Shown one piece after another: positions 51,111 to 64,000 of a stretch of DNA of 64,000 nt. The stretch spans positions 239,260,001 through 239,324,000 of the forward strand of contig NC_086097.1 of assembly GCF_963921235.1 (NCBI RefSeq), read 5' to 3'. The position numbers and the translations under genes were made by a program. Position 1 is the stretch's first letter; each line of letters opens with the position of its first letter. The notes below the pieces were generated by a model. The model saw only the letters and a list, made by a program, of their open reading frames with translations, was not told the origin of the DNA and did not search any database. This DNA is from Mobula hypostoma (Eukaryota).

Positions 51111-52729
51111 AACCCTTTTATTTACTCAATAAATGAACTTTAAGTGTAACAGCGCAACGACAGCATAGTATCAGTCGGTTTTGTGTGCTGGATTTCATAA
51201 TGGAGGGAACATTGAAGCGACAGACGTGAGCAGAGTCCGTTCCGTATCCTTTGGCGCAAGTTTGAACTCATCCAGGCTTGACTACGTTACAGAACCCAAA
51301 AGTCGATTCACATTTACCGCTTCGTCTCTTAATATGTTAATATGTTGTATGTGAAGGGGTCGCCTGAGAATTACCGTATTGCGTAGTTCCGTTAAATCAA
51401 TTTTGTAGATAATTTCCTACACCCCAAATTCTTGTAAATGCTGTTGCGAAGTTTCTGCTGGAAGCCTGAATGGTTCGGCTCATCAGATAACAGCAGTTTT
51501 ATTGTATTGCCAGGTTCAGCAACAGTCATTGCAGAAGGCGTGATTTTCAATTTGATCCCACTGCTGTTCAACAAAATCCAGAGAGGCTACATCTGACAAC
51601 CACTGAACTGTGGCATAAGGTGGGCTCCTCGTCTTCGCCAAAACCGCGAGTTAATCTCTTCTCTGTGTGGGAGGCGCCAGTTTAACGCGGATATGCGGGA
51701 TGATTTCCACCGTCAAAGACTATGTGCGTACGAGAGACGTGAATAAACCATTTTAGCGGTTGCGTATGGTTGGTTGAATTCGATTCTGTCTCTGTCCTAG
51801 TTTCTAAACAGGTTGCGCGTGGACCAAACTGAAACTGAACCCAACCTTTCATCAAGTTGCAAAAATATATATTATATGCACCCACAAATACAACGATAAA
51901 TACAATTACCTTCTGAGTATGTTTACATGTTGTCAAGATACTGTATGTTGTAAAATACCGGATCAGGCGTTGCCATTATATTGAACCCTGTGATGCCCCA
52001 AACTCCACAATAACTACGCACACGAACAGTGAAGGACATGGATTATCTCAAGCAGACACAGACACGTCCCAAGCCATGGACTCCTTGCCAAATTGGGCAA
52101 CCGTGTTGAATTTATATTCAGTTTCTGAACGCAAGATTGTACTTAATAACAATCTTTAAATGGTTATATAATTCTTTTACTCATCCATTTTATTTATGTC
52201 AAACTCGCAGGTCTACCGGCAATAATATCCTTTCATTAAAAAAATCTGAAAATAGATGAGCAAAATATCTGAAGAAACTCACATTGTGCAATATTTTGAG
52301 ATTCATTTTTGTACAATGTACAAGGAAAAAGAAATAACAGAATTTCACAAAGAAGATTAGACAAAGACTGACAATCAATATACAGAAGACAAACTGTGCA
52401 AATATGAAAAAAAATGAGAACAAAAGTTATAAAGAATCCTTGAAGTCGTGTCTCTAGGTTGCAGAATCATTTGATTGAAGTTACCTTGGTGGTTCAGGAA
52501 CTTGATGGCTGTAGGATGGTTTCGTGTTTTGTCATGGATTGCTTTCCCTCCTACTGTGGCTTGCTTTCCTCAATAACAGTATTTGTCAGTTGCTGATTCT
52601 TTTTTTTTATCCTGGGAACTTTCCCTTTATAGAGTTACAAAGCACTACTGAACAGAGACACCCACTATGGCCCACCTGGTCTATGCTGAACTATTATTCT
52701 GCCTAGTCCCATCAAGCCTAGACCAAAGG

Positions 52730-54158
52730 TGTCATGGGGTTGGGGGGGGGGAGCACTGGGAACGGACCCTAATGCAACACACAGACATTGAAGTACTAGG
52801 AACAGAACTAGGTGTGTGAAGAAAGCAAGGGAAGTGGGAAAGAAATGACACTGGACAAGACACGGACACTTGATGAGGCTAGGATACAGGGCCTGGGCTA
52901 GGACTAGACTAGGAAAGCGGAACCAGAATAAGGAACTAGGAACTAGGAGCTTGGTCTAGGACTCCAAGCCAGAGACTGGACGGGGACCCAGAACCCAAGT
53001 CTTGACTCGGGCTTGGACTCCGGATCAAGGCGAGGACAAGACATAGCTACAGGGCTCGATGTGGAACTCCTGCATAGGATGAGAACACAAAGCCTTGGCT
53101 TGGACTAGACGAGGTTCTCCTGGGCTGGGCGAGGCACAAGGACAGGACAAGACCCCGAAGCCTAGACTTGGTCTTGGGAGACAGGAACACAGAACACAGA
53201 GCCTTGATCTTGGGAGACAAGAACACAGAACACAGAGCCTTGGTCTTGGGAGACAGGAACACAGAACACAGAGTTGGGACACCTCCTTGGAAACAGGACG
53301 TAGGGCCAGGACTCATACACAGAACACTGAAAGACAGATCTCCACTCAAGGTAGTGGCAAAGGGCTGGACCTACCCAGTGGAGACAAGGGCACAAACAGA
53401 CAGTATCCTACACAAGGTAGCAGCAAACAGCCAGACCTACCTAGTGACAGCGTGGACACAGACAGTTCAAAACAATGGTAGACTGTTCCTTATCTTACTC
53501 CAGCAGTTGAACGACAGCGGTGCAGGTGAAGGTTGCAGGTGTGGCAAGGCTTCAGGAAGAAGGTGAAGGGAAGGGAACAGTCCAGCAACTGAAGCTGAAC
53601 CCAGGAGCTATTGATGTAGCCAGCCTAAAATCAGAATCATGAGCCTCAATTAAGGCACACAACAAGACAAGGGAAAACCAGAAAACCTGGAATACAGATC
53701 GATGGACTGGACCGTGAATCAGAATGCAGACTTCACAGACCTGACCATGACAGTATCCGCACCCCCCCCCCCCCTTATGGGAGCCTCCTGGCGACCAAAC
53801 AGGCTCTCCAGGACCAAGGATGACACGGGTGTGTGGGAGGCTATTTAACAGAAGGGAAACCCAGGTGGCAAGAGTAAAATGACAGACTGTTCCTTATCTT
53901 ACTCCGACAGTTGAACTTGACAGCGGTGCAGGTGAGGGTTACAGGCGAGGCAGGGCATCAGGAAGAAGGTGAAGGGAAGGGAACAGTCTAGCAACTGAAG
54001 CTGAACCCAGGAGCTGTTTATGTAGCCAGCCCAAAATCAGAATCATGTGCCTCAATTAAGGCACACAACAGGACAAGGGAAAACTGGAAAACCCAGAATA
54101 CGGATCGATGGACTGGACCATGAACCGGAATGCGGACTTCACAGACCGAACCATGACA
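52730..54158 (-). mobile_element. Internally deleted Gypsy-type LTR element (full 3' LTR 52730-53752, PPT, partial 5' LTR)
   Basis: TGTCATGG...CCATGACA termini; 5-bp TSD AAAGG (52725-52729, 54159-54163); C-run 53762-53774 is the minus-strand polypurine tract; 53480-53752 is repeated at about 53885-54158. Confidence 0.88.
53167..53273. repeat. 36-bp tandem repeat, three copies, inside the LTR
   Basis: Unit CTTGGTCTTGGGAGACAGGAACACAGAACACAGAGC. Confidence 0.92.
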
Positions 54159-54408
54159 AAAGGCCTCTATGCACTTTCCGTCCATGTACTTATCCAAGTT
54201 TCTCTTAAAAATGCAACAGGATCCATATTCACCACTTCCTTTGGCACCGCATTTCACACTCGCACCACCATTTGAGTGAAGAAGTTCCACCTCAGATTCC
54301 CTTTAAATATTTCTATTTTCTCACTTAACTTACTGTATGAATGTTCTAGTGTCAGATAAATTCAATGGAAATGCCCAATTTATTTACCCTGTCTATGCCC
54401 TTCATAAT

Positions 54409-56040
54409 AATGTTAGTAGGGAAGTGGTGTTAGGTAAATTGAAGGGATTAAAGGCAGATAAATCCCCAGGGCCAGATGGTCTGCATCCCAGAGTGCTTAA
54501 GGAAGTAGCCCAAGAAACAGTGGAAGCATTAGTGATAATTTTTCAAAACTCTTTAGATTCTGAATTTGTTCCTGAGGATTGGAGGGTGGCTATTGTAACC
54601 CTGCTTTTTAAAAAAGGAGTGAGAGAGAAACCGGGGAATTATAGACCGGTAAACCTGATATCGGTCGTGGGAAAAATGCTAGAGTCAGCTATCAAAGATG
54701 TGATAACAGCACATTTGGAAAGTGGTGAAATTATCGGACGAAGTCAGCATGGATTTGTGAAAGGAAAATCATGTCCGACGAATCTCATAGAATTTTTTGA
54801 GGATGTAACTAGTAGAGTGGGTAGGGGAGAACCAGTGGATGTGGTATATTTGGATTTTCAAAAGGCTTTTGACAAGGTTCCACATAGGAGATTGGTGTGC
54901 AAACTTAAAGCACACGGTATTGGGGTTAAGGTATTGATGTGGATAGTGAATTGGTTGGCAGACAGGAAGCAAAGAGTGGGAATAAATGGGACCTTTTCAG
55001 AATGGCAGGCAGTGACTAGTGGGGTACCGCAAGGCTCAGTGCTGGGACTCCAGTTGTTTACAATATATATTAATGACTTAGATGCGGGAATTAAATACAG
55101 CATCTCCACGTTTGTGGATGACACGAAGCTGGGCGGCAGTGTTAGCTGTGAGGAGGATGCTAAGAGGATGCAGGGTGACTTGGATAGGTTAGGTGAGTGG
55201 GCAAATTCATGGCAGATGCAATTTAATATGGATAAATGTGTGTTATCCACTTTGGTGGCAAGAACAGGAAAACAGATTATTATCTGAATGGTGGCCGATT
55301 AGGAAAAGGGGAGGTGCAACGAGACCTGGGTGTCATTGTACATCAGTCATTGAAAGTGGGCATGCAGGTACAGCAGGCGGTGAAAAGGGCGAATGGTATG
55401 CTGGCATTCATATCAGGAAGATTCGAGTACAGGAGCAGGGAGGTACTACTGCAGTTGTACAAGGCCTTGGTGAGACCACACCTGGAGTATTGTGTGCAGT
55501 TTTGGTCCCCTAATCTGAGGAAAGACATTCTTGCCATGGAGGGTGTACAAAGAAGGTTCACCAGTTTAATTCCTGGGATGGCAGGGCTTTCATATGATGA
55601 AAGACTGGATCAACTAGGCTTATACTCGCTGGAATTTAGAAGATTGAGGGGGGATCTTATTGAAACATATAAAATTCTAAAGGGATTGGACAGGCTAGAT
55701 GTAGGAAGATTGTTCCCGATGTTGGGGAAGTCCAGAACGAGGGGTCAAAGTTTAAGGATCAAGGGGAAGCCTTTTAGGACCACGATGAGGAAAATCTTCA
55801 TCACACAGAGAGTGGTGAATCTGTGGAATTATCTGCCACAGGAAACAGTTGAGGCCAGTTCATTGGCTATATTTAAGAGGGTGTTAGATATGACCATTGT
55901 GGCTAAAGGGATCAGGGGGTATGGAGAGAAGGCAGGTACAGGGTTCTGAGTTGGATGATCAGCCATGATCATACTGAATGGCGGTGCAGGCTCGAAGGGC
56001 AGAATGGCCTACTCCTGCACCTATTTTCTATGTTTCTATA
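54409..56040 (+). mobile_element. Young 5'-truncated CR1 LINE (one frameshift near 55240) nested in an older minus-strand CR1
   Basis: KSPGPDGLHPRVLKE, NYRPV.L.SVVGK, LDFQKAFDKVPH and GVPQGSVLG motifs; TTTCTATGTTTCTA tail. Confidence 0.95.
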
Positions 56041-56298
56041 GCTTTGTGTATCATTATCAATTCTCCCCTCATTCTCTTACATCACAGATAATGAAGACTG
56101 TTCAACCTTTCCCTATAATTCAGGTCAGGTCCTCGCAACAACCGTGTAAACCTCCTCTGTATTCTTTGAATCTTATTGATATCTTTCCTGTGGGTAGGTG
56201 ACAGGAATTGCACACAAATTTGGTGAGCCAAATTTGGCCTCACCAATATCTTCTCGAACTTCAATAGCACATCCTAAATCCCAATCCAGAAACAGCCA

Positions 56299-56905
56299 CA
56301 AGTCAAGTCAAGTCAAGTCAAGTCACTTACTCTTACTAGCTTTTCTTTCAGTTAGTCCTGATGAAGGGTCTCGGCCCGAACCATTGACTGTACCTCTTCC
56401 TAGAGATGCTGCCTGGCCTTCTGCGTTCACCAGCAACCTTGATGTGTGTAACTTGAATTTCTAGGATCTGCAGATTTCCTCGTGTTCAATTCACTTTTTA
56501 TTGTCATTTCGACCATAACTGCTGGTACACAGAAAAAGGAGACAACGTTTTTCAGGACCATGGTGCTACATGAAACAATACAAAAATTACACTGAACCAC
56601 GTAAAACAACACAAAAACTACACTAGACTACAGACCTACCCAGGACTGCATAAAGTGCACAAAACAGTGCAGGCATTACAATAAATAATAAACAAGACAA
56701 TAGGCACAGTAGAGGGCAGTAGGTTGGTGTCAGTCCAGGCTCTGGGTATTGAGAAGTCTGATGACTTGGGAGAAGAAACTGTTACATAGTCCGGTCGTGA
56801 GAGCCCGAATGCTTCGGTGCCTTTTGCCAGATGGCAGGAGGGAGAAGAGTTTGTATGAGGGGTGCGTGGGGTCCTTCATAATGCTGTTTGCTTTGTGGAT
56901 GCAGC
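56299..56905 (-). mobile_element. Rex1 3' end with a (CAAGT)n tail, interrupted by a Penelope-derived element (56329-56486, plus)
   Basis: DPTHPSYKLFSLLPSGKR motif. The insert reads CTGATGA(56358-56364)AGGGTCTCGGCCCGAACC and is flanked by CAAGTCACTT / CAATTCACTT. Confidence 0.8.
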
Positions 56906-57929
56906 ATGACAATAGACAATAGGTGCAGGGGTAGGCCATTCGGCCCTTCGAGCCAGCACCGTCATTCACTGTGATCATGGCTGATCATCCATGTGGTGTA
57001 AAATCGAAAATGAAACGATTTCACTACTTCGACAAGTTAGAAACTACAAAAAGATCCTGGGTGCTGAGGATCTCTGATGACGGATGATGCTTTCCTACAA
57101 CAGCACTTCATGTAGATGTACTCAATGATTAGGAGGGCTTTACCCATAATGTACTGTCTTTTGTAAGATTTTCTGTTCAAAGACTGGTGTTTCCATACTA
57201 GGCCATGATGCAGCAAGTCAATATACTTTCCACTGCACATTTGTAGCAGTTTGTCAAAGTTTTTGAAGTGATGCTGAACTTTTATGTAGGCCAATATGGT
57301 AAAAGCACTACTTACAACCCTATCTACCTGTGACAATACCTTCAATGAATTGTGACCGCAATGCTTAGGCTTTATAAAGCCTTGGTCAGACCTCACTTGG
57401 AGAATTGTGAGCAGTTTTGTGCCCCTTTCGATGAAAGAACATGCTGGCATTGAAGAGGGCCCAAAGGAGGTTTAAAAGAATGAACCCAGGAATGAAACTG
57501 TTAACATATAAAGAGTTTGATAGCTCTGGAACTGCACTCACCTGAGTTCAAAAGAATGGTGGAGTGGTCCTATTGAAACCTACCAAATATTGAGGTCCAA
57601 GATTAAGTGAACATGCCGAGGATGCTTCCAATGGTCAGAGAATGTAGGACCAGGGGTGCAACCTCAGAATAAAACAACATCCCTTTAGAACAGAGGTGAT
57701 GAGGAATTTCTCTAGCCAGTGGATGGTGAATCTGTGGAAATCATTGCCACTGAAGGCTGTGGAGGACAAGTCATGGGGTATATTTAAAGCGGAAATTGAT
57801 AGGGTCTTGATTAGTAAGGATGTCAAATGTTACAGGGGGAAGGCTGGAGAGTGCGGTTGAAAGGGACAATAAATCGTTCAGTTATTATGTACTATTTATT
57901 ATATTAATCACGTGTTTATTAAGTATTAT

Positions 57930-59875
57930 ATCATAGTGCAGACTCTAAGACAAAGGAACACATACCAGTCCTCATAGAGGGATCAGAAGTGGAGAGATGG
58001 AGCAGCTTCAAGTTCCTGGGTGTCAAGATCTCTGAGGACCTAACCTGGTCCCAACATATCGATGTAATTATAAAGAAGCCAAGACAGTGGCTATACTTTA
58101 TTAGGAGTTTGAAGAGATTTGGCATGTCAACAAATACACTCAAAAACTTCTATAGTTTTACCATGGAGAGCATTCTGACAGGCTGCATCACTGTCTGGTA
58201 TGGAGGAGCTACTGCACAGGACCAAAAGAAGCTGCAGAAGGTTGTAAATCTAGTCAGTTCCATCTTGGGCACTAGCCTACAAAGTACCCAGGACAAGGTC
58301 CCACATAGGAGATTAGTGTGCAAACTTAAAGCACACGGTATTGGGGGTAAGGTATTGGTGTGGGTGGAGAATTGGTTAGCAGACAGGAAGCAAAGAGTGG
58401 GAATAAACGGGACCTTTTCAGAATGGCAGGCGGTGACTAGTGGGGTACCGCAAGGCTCAGTGCTGGGACCCCAGTTGTTTACAATATATATTAATGACTT
58501 GGATGAGGGAATTAAATGCAGCATCTCCAAGTTTGCGGATGACACGAAGCTGGGTGGCAGTGTTAGCAGTGAGGAGGATGCTAAGAGGATGCAGGGTGAC
58601 TTGGATAGGTTGGGTGAGTGGGCAAACTCATGGCAGATGCAATTTAATGTGGATAAATGTGAAGTTATCCACTTTGGTGGCAAAAATAGGAAAACAGATT
58701 ATTATCTGAATGGTGGCCGATTAGGAAAAGGGGAGGTGCAACGAGACCTGGGTGTCATTATACACCAGTCATTGAAAGTGGGCATGCAGGTACAGCAGGC
58801 GGTGAAAAAGGCGAACGGTATGCTGGCATTTATAGCGAGAGGATTCGAGTACAGGAGCAGGGAGGTACTACTGCAGTTGTACAAGGCCTTGGTGAGACCA
58901 CACCTGGAGTATTGTGTGCAGTTTTGGTCCCCTAATCTGAGGAAAGACATCTTTGCCATAGAGGGAGTACAAAGAAGGTTCACCAGATTGATTCCTGGGA
59001 TGGCAGGTCTTTCATATGAAGAAAGACTGGATGAACTGGGCTTGTACTCGTTGGAATTTAGAAGATTGAGGGGGGATCTGATTGAAACGTATAAGATCCT
59101 AAAGGGATTGGACAGGCTAGATGCAGGAAGATTGTTCCCGATGTTGGGGAGGTCTAGAACGAGGGGTCACAGTTTGAGGATAGAGGGGAAGCCTTTTAGG
59201 ACCGAGGTTAGGAAAAACTTCTTCACACAGAGAGTGGTGAATCTGTGGAATTCTCTGCCACAGCAAACTGTTGAGGCCAGTTCATTAGCTATGTTTAAAA
59301 GGAAGTTAGATATGGCCCTTGCGGCTACAGGGGTCAGGGGGTATGGAGGGAAGGCTGGGTTCTGAGTTGGATGATCAGCCATGATCATAATAAATGGCGG
59401 TGCAGGCTCGAAGGGCCGAATGGCCTACTCCTGCACCTATTTTCTATGTTTCTATGTTTCTATCTTCAGGGAGTGGTATCTCAGAAAGGCAGCGTCTGTT
59501 ATTAAGGACCTCCAGCATCCAGTGTATGGCTTTTTCTCACTGTTACAATCAGGTTGGAGGTACAGAAGCCTGAAGGCTCACACTCAGTGATTCAGGAACA
59601 GCTTCTTCCCCTCTGTCATCTGATTCCTAAATGGACATTGAATCTTTGGACACTACCTCACTTCTTTTTAAAATATACAGAATTTTTGTTTTTTGCACTT
59701 TTTAAAAAACCTATTCAATGTACACAACTGATTTACTTGTTTACTTATTATTATTATTTATTTTATTTATTATTTGTTTCTCTCTGCTAGATTATGTATT
59801 GCATTGAACAGCTGCTACTACAGTTAACAAATTTCACATCGCATGCCGGTGATAATAAACCTGATTCTGAATTCT
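57930..59875 (+). mobile_element. Rex1 3' part split by a young CR1 (about 58292-59462), creating a 458-aa chimeric ORF
   Basis: The ORF switches from Rex1 (SFKFLGV...LTGCITVWYG) to CR1 (DKVPH...FADDTKL) at GACA 58292-58295. Rex1 resumes at about 59463. Confidence 0.9.
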
Positions 59876-60139
59876 GATGTCTTATGGATCTGTACTCCCA
59901 GATCCCTCTTTGGTGGCTTTGCTCTCTTTCAACAGCCAAAATAACAGCTAACAGACCAGGATAGTATCTTTCACACATTTGGTGACCTTGATCTCCTGAG
60001 CCTTTTGCTTTCTTTATTTTCTCACCTCCTCTTTTGTCCCCCTTGTCTGCAGTTTTGGTTTTAATTTGGGCCATTTATTAGTGATGACATATTCAGGACT
60101 CATTTTAGGATGAACTAGTTTTCATCATGTTTGGACAAA

Positions 60140-61425
60140 GAATCACAGTGTTCAATAGAAATAAGGACAACATCTCTACTTCCTGAAGAGTTTGCGAAGA
60201 TTCGACATGACACCTAAAACCTTGACAGACTTCTATAGGTGTGTAGAGGAGAGTATATCGACTGGCTGCATCACAGCCTGGGTTGGAAACACCAATGTGC
60301 TTGAATGGAAAGTTCTATAAAAAGTAGTGGATGTTACACGGGTCATCACGGGTAGAGCCCCTTTCACCATTGAGCATATCTACATGAAGCATTGTTGCAG
60401 GAAAGCAGGATCCATCATCAGGGACACTAACCACCCAGATCATGCTCTCTTCTCACTGCCTCCATCAGGAAGAAGGTACAGGAGCCTCAGGACTTACACC
60501 ACCAGGTTCAGGAACAATTATTACCCCTCAGCCATCAGGCTCTTGAAAGAAAGGGGATACCTTCACTCAACTATGTATATATGCCTTTGCCCAAAACATT
60601 GACTATACTCTTTTCCATAGCTGCTGCCTGGCCTCCTGAGTTCCTCCAGCAACTACCGGTCAGTTATGAAAAATATTGCCAATATTTTTATTTTTATTTT
60701 ATTTAACAATACAGTGTGGAATAATCCCTTTTAGTACTTCAAGCCTTGCAATCCCCATTTAATCCTAACCTAATTACTGGATAATTGACTATGACCAATT
60801 AATCTACCCAGGGTACATTCTTGAATAGTGCAAGGAAACTGGAGCTGCTCAGGAAAAGCAACGCATTCCACAGAGAGGTCTTACAGGCAGAACTGGAACT
60901 GAACTCTGAACTCCAGAACACCACGAGTTGTAATGGTGTCAGGCCAATTGCTATGCTACGCTTTCTCAGATGGTCTGTGAAACAAAAAAGCCGAAAGTAT
61001 GGTATGGAGTCTGCAAAGCACAGGACTGTAAGAGGCTCTAGATGATTGTAGATTCAGCCAGCTCCATCACAGGCACAAGCATCCGCACCATCAAGGGCAT
61101 CTTCAAGAGGTGCTGCCTCGAGAAGGTGGAATCTATCATTCAGGACCCTCACCATCAGTGATACACTGTCATCTCATTACTACCAACAGGAAGGTGGTAT
61201 AGGAGCCTGAAGACACACTCAATGTTTCAGGAACAGCTTCTTCCCCTCTGCCATCAGGTTTCTGAATGGTCCATGAATTTATATAGAGTACCTCACTAGT
61301 TCTATTTTATTTACACTACTTATTTTTTATTGTAACTTATAGTAATTTTATGCCTTGCAATGTACTGCTGTCACAAAACAACCAATTTCATGACATATGT
61401 AAATGTTAATAAATCCGACTCTGAT
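60140..61425 (+). mobile_element. Rex1 3' fragments with Penelope-derived and V-SINE remnants between them
   Basis: LPPSGRRYRSLRTYTTRFRNNYYPSAIRLL; family tail at about 60590-60655. Confidence 0.7.
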
Positions 61426-61494
61426 TGCTACTTAACTCTGTCTACAGTCAAATGTTCAGTAACTGTCTTTAAAAATGCTTAAAAGATTCCCTGC

Positions 61495-62872
61495 ACTCCA
61501 GGGTTCTGAAAGAGGTAGCTCAACGGATTATTGAAATATTAGTAATGATCTTTCAAAAATCACTAGATAAATGGTTAAGGAAAACTGGAAAAGTGCGAAT
61601 GTCACTCCACTCTTTGAGAAGGGGGCGAGGCAGAAGGAAATAAATATTAGGCCAATTAGCCTGACTTCAGTGGTTGGGAAGATGTGGAAGTCCATTATTA
61701 AGGATAAGGTTTTGGGGTACTTAGAGGCACATGAAAAAATCAGCATCATTTCCTTAAAGGAAACCCTGCCTGACAAATCTGTTAGAATTCTTTGAGGAAA
61801 TAACAGGCAGGGTAGACAAAGTAGAGTCAATAGACATTCTTTACGTGGATTTTCAGAAGGCCTTCGATAAGATGTTGCTCCTGAAGCAGCTTAACAAGGT
61901 AAGAGCCCAAACCATTGCAAGAAGGATACTAGCATGGACAGAGGATAGGCTGATTGGCAGGAGGCAAAATGTGAGAATAAAGGGGAGCTGTTCTGGTCGG
62001 CTGCCAGTAACTAGTATTGTTCTGCAGGGGTTGGTATTGGGGCCGCTTCTTTTTTCATTATATATCAATGATTTGGATGACAGACTTGATGGCTTTGTGG
62101 CCAGTTCTGCAGATAAACTGAAGGTAGGTGGAGGGACACATGATGCTGAGAAAGCAGAGTGCCTGCAGAAGGAGTTGGACCGATTGGCAGAAGGGGCAAA
62201 GAGGAGCCAGGTGGAATATTGTGTAGGGAAGTGTATATTCATGCTCTTCAGTAGAAGGAATAAAGACGTAACACACACATAAAATGCTGGAGAAAACCAG
62301 CATCTATGGAAAAGAGTACCGTTGACATTTTGGGCCAAGGCCCTTCAGCAGGGCTGGAGAAAAAAAGATGGGGAGTCAGAGTTAGAAGATGGGAGGAGGG
62401 AGTGGGAGAATAAACACAAGGTAGTAGATGATGGGTGAAACCGGGAGAGGGAGGGGTGAAGTAAAGTCAATTGGAGAAGGTGATAAAGGGCTGGCGAAGG
62501 GGCTGATAAAACATGGAAACATAGAAACTCTATAGCACAATACAGGCCCTTCGGCCCACAAAGCTGTGCCGAACATGCCTTTACCTGAGAAATTACCTAG
62601 AGTTACCGCATAGGCCTCTATTTTTCTGAGGTCCATGTACCTGTCCAGGAGTCTCTTAAAAGACCCTATCGTATCCGCCTCCACCACCGTCGCTGGCTGC
62701 CCATTCCACACACTCACCACTCTCTGCGTAAAAAACTTACCCCTGACAACTCGTCTGTACCTCGTTCCAAGCACCTTAAAACTGTGCCCTCCCATTTCAG
62801 CCCTGGGGAAAAGCCTCTGACTATCCATACGATCAATCCTCTCATCATCTTATACACCTCTATCAGGTCACC
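61495..62872. mobile_element. Old CR1 RT (plus, to about 62270), Penelope 3' region (minus, about 62270-62510), CR1 3' end (minus)
   Basis: RPISLTSVVGK, DFQKAFDK and LYINDLD motifs; Penelope-family tail; GKFFTQRVV. Confidence 0.75.
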
Positions 62873-62874
62873 TC

Positions 62875-63490
62875 TGTAGGAGAGGACAGAAAGCCAGGGA
62901 AGAGATGCAAGGGGGAGGACCGCCAGAGATTTCTCGATCTGGGTAGCCTCCAACCTGATGGCATGAACAGTGATTTCAAGAGGACAAGAATATAAGCAAG
63001 GTTGTGATGAAAGAGGACCGGGTCGAGAGAACAGAGACTTTTGGAGAAGAGGAGTTCGGTGGGTAATACCGTTTCGGCTGACCGGAAGTGCACTGAGAGC
63101 AGTAAGCGTAAAGGAATTGGGTGTTTACTGTTCTGGCTAACAACGGATGGTGTAATCCGGGGTATATTACGATCAAGGAACGTGTTTGCAGACTGGATAC
63201 TGAACTTTTTACTGTTGGACTTCGGCCACTTTCCACCATGATACAACACATGGCGGCACGGGAGGTCGTTCCTGCCTGTGGCCATCGAACATGCAGCTCC
63301 TCCCATGGAGGGTCAGACACCCTGAGCCAATAGACTGGTCCTGGACTTATTTTTCATCTGGCATAGTTTGTATTTTGGTGTTTGATTGTTGGGGTTTTTT
63401 GTATTGCTATATTTATGCTCTATTCTTGGTTGGTGCGGCTGTAACAAAACCAAATTTCCCTCCGGATTAATAAAGTATATCTATCTAACT
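62875..63490 (+). mobile_element. Internally deleted Rex1-like element (endonuclease piece joined to 3' tail)
   Basis: VLANNGWCNPGYITIKERVCRLDTELFTVGLRP; ends with AATAAA plus (ATCT)n. Confidence 0.65.
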
Positions 63491-63574
63491 ATAAGGCACT
63501 GTTCAGGCTGAACTCGGAGTATTGTGAGCAGTTTTGGGCACCTTATCTAAGAAAAGATGTGTAATAATGATACA

Positions 63575-64000
63575 TATGACGTTAGCTCCTCTTTCTCAAA
63601 TTGCAGGGTGAATTTGTTCATATTATGATAATTTGTCCCTAAGGGTTCCTTTACATTAAGCTCTCCAATCAATTCTGGTTCATTGCACAACACCCAGTCC
63701 CGAATAGCAGAGAACACAAGCTGCTCTAAAAATCTATCTTGTGGCATTCTAGAAATACGCCCTTTTGGAATCCTGCACCAGCCTGATTTTCCCAATCTAC
63801 CTGCATATTGAAACCCCCCATGAATATTGTAACATTGAACATTTGGCATGCATTTTCTATCATCCATTCTAACTTGTAGACCACATCCTTACTAGTGTTT
63901 GTGGGTCTGTATATAACTCTGATCAAGGTCTTTTTACCCTTGCTGTTCCTTAGCTCTATCCACAATGATTCAACACCTGCCGACCCTATGTCACCTCTTT
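63575..64000 (-). mobile_element. CR1 ORF2 endonuclease fragment
   Basis: WIELRNSKGKKTLIRVIYRP...MGGFN...VKEPLG. Confidence 0.8.

Noticed and set aside
53167..53273. 36-bp repeats as a CRISPR array
   Set aside because: No spacers, located inside an LTR, eukaryotic context, and no cas genes.

Overview
Eukaryotic, repeat-dense vertebrate DNA. The repeat repertoire (CR1 LINEs with (TCTATGTT)n-type tails, Rex1/Babar LINEs, V-domain tRNA SINEs, Penelope-derived palindromes) suggests a cartilaginous fish, probably a ray; this is inference. I found no host protein-coding exon. Every recognisable ORF is transposon-derived: CR1 ORF1/ORF2, Rex1 RT/endonuclease, a Hero-clade RLE retrotransposon, a Gypsy integrase, Tc1 and mariner transposase remnants, and a Penelope GIY-YIG C-terminus. 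Two LTR structures carry clean target-site duplications (TSDs). A nearly TE-free, CpG-retaining unique island (about 28.9-37.2 kb) sits inside a wider CpG-retaining domain (about 28.9-52.2 kb) and looks regulatory. The most striking signal is at RNA level, with three kinds of self-cleaving-ribozyme-like motifs on retroelements. (1) A hammerhead core in a non-circularly permuted, pseudoknotted order in the Hero 3' UTR (minus strand, 42969-43087). (2) Minimal type-I hammerheads in many TSD-flanked Penelope-derived hairpin elements (intact copy at 37324-37361). (3) HDV-like folds at the 5' ends of RTE-derived non-autonomous elements. All pairings were read by hand and none is experimentally validated. 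Repeat boundaries are approximate unless a TSD or TIR is cited.
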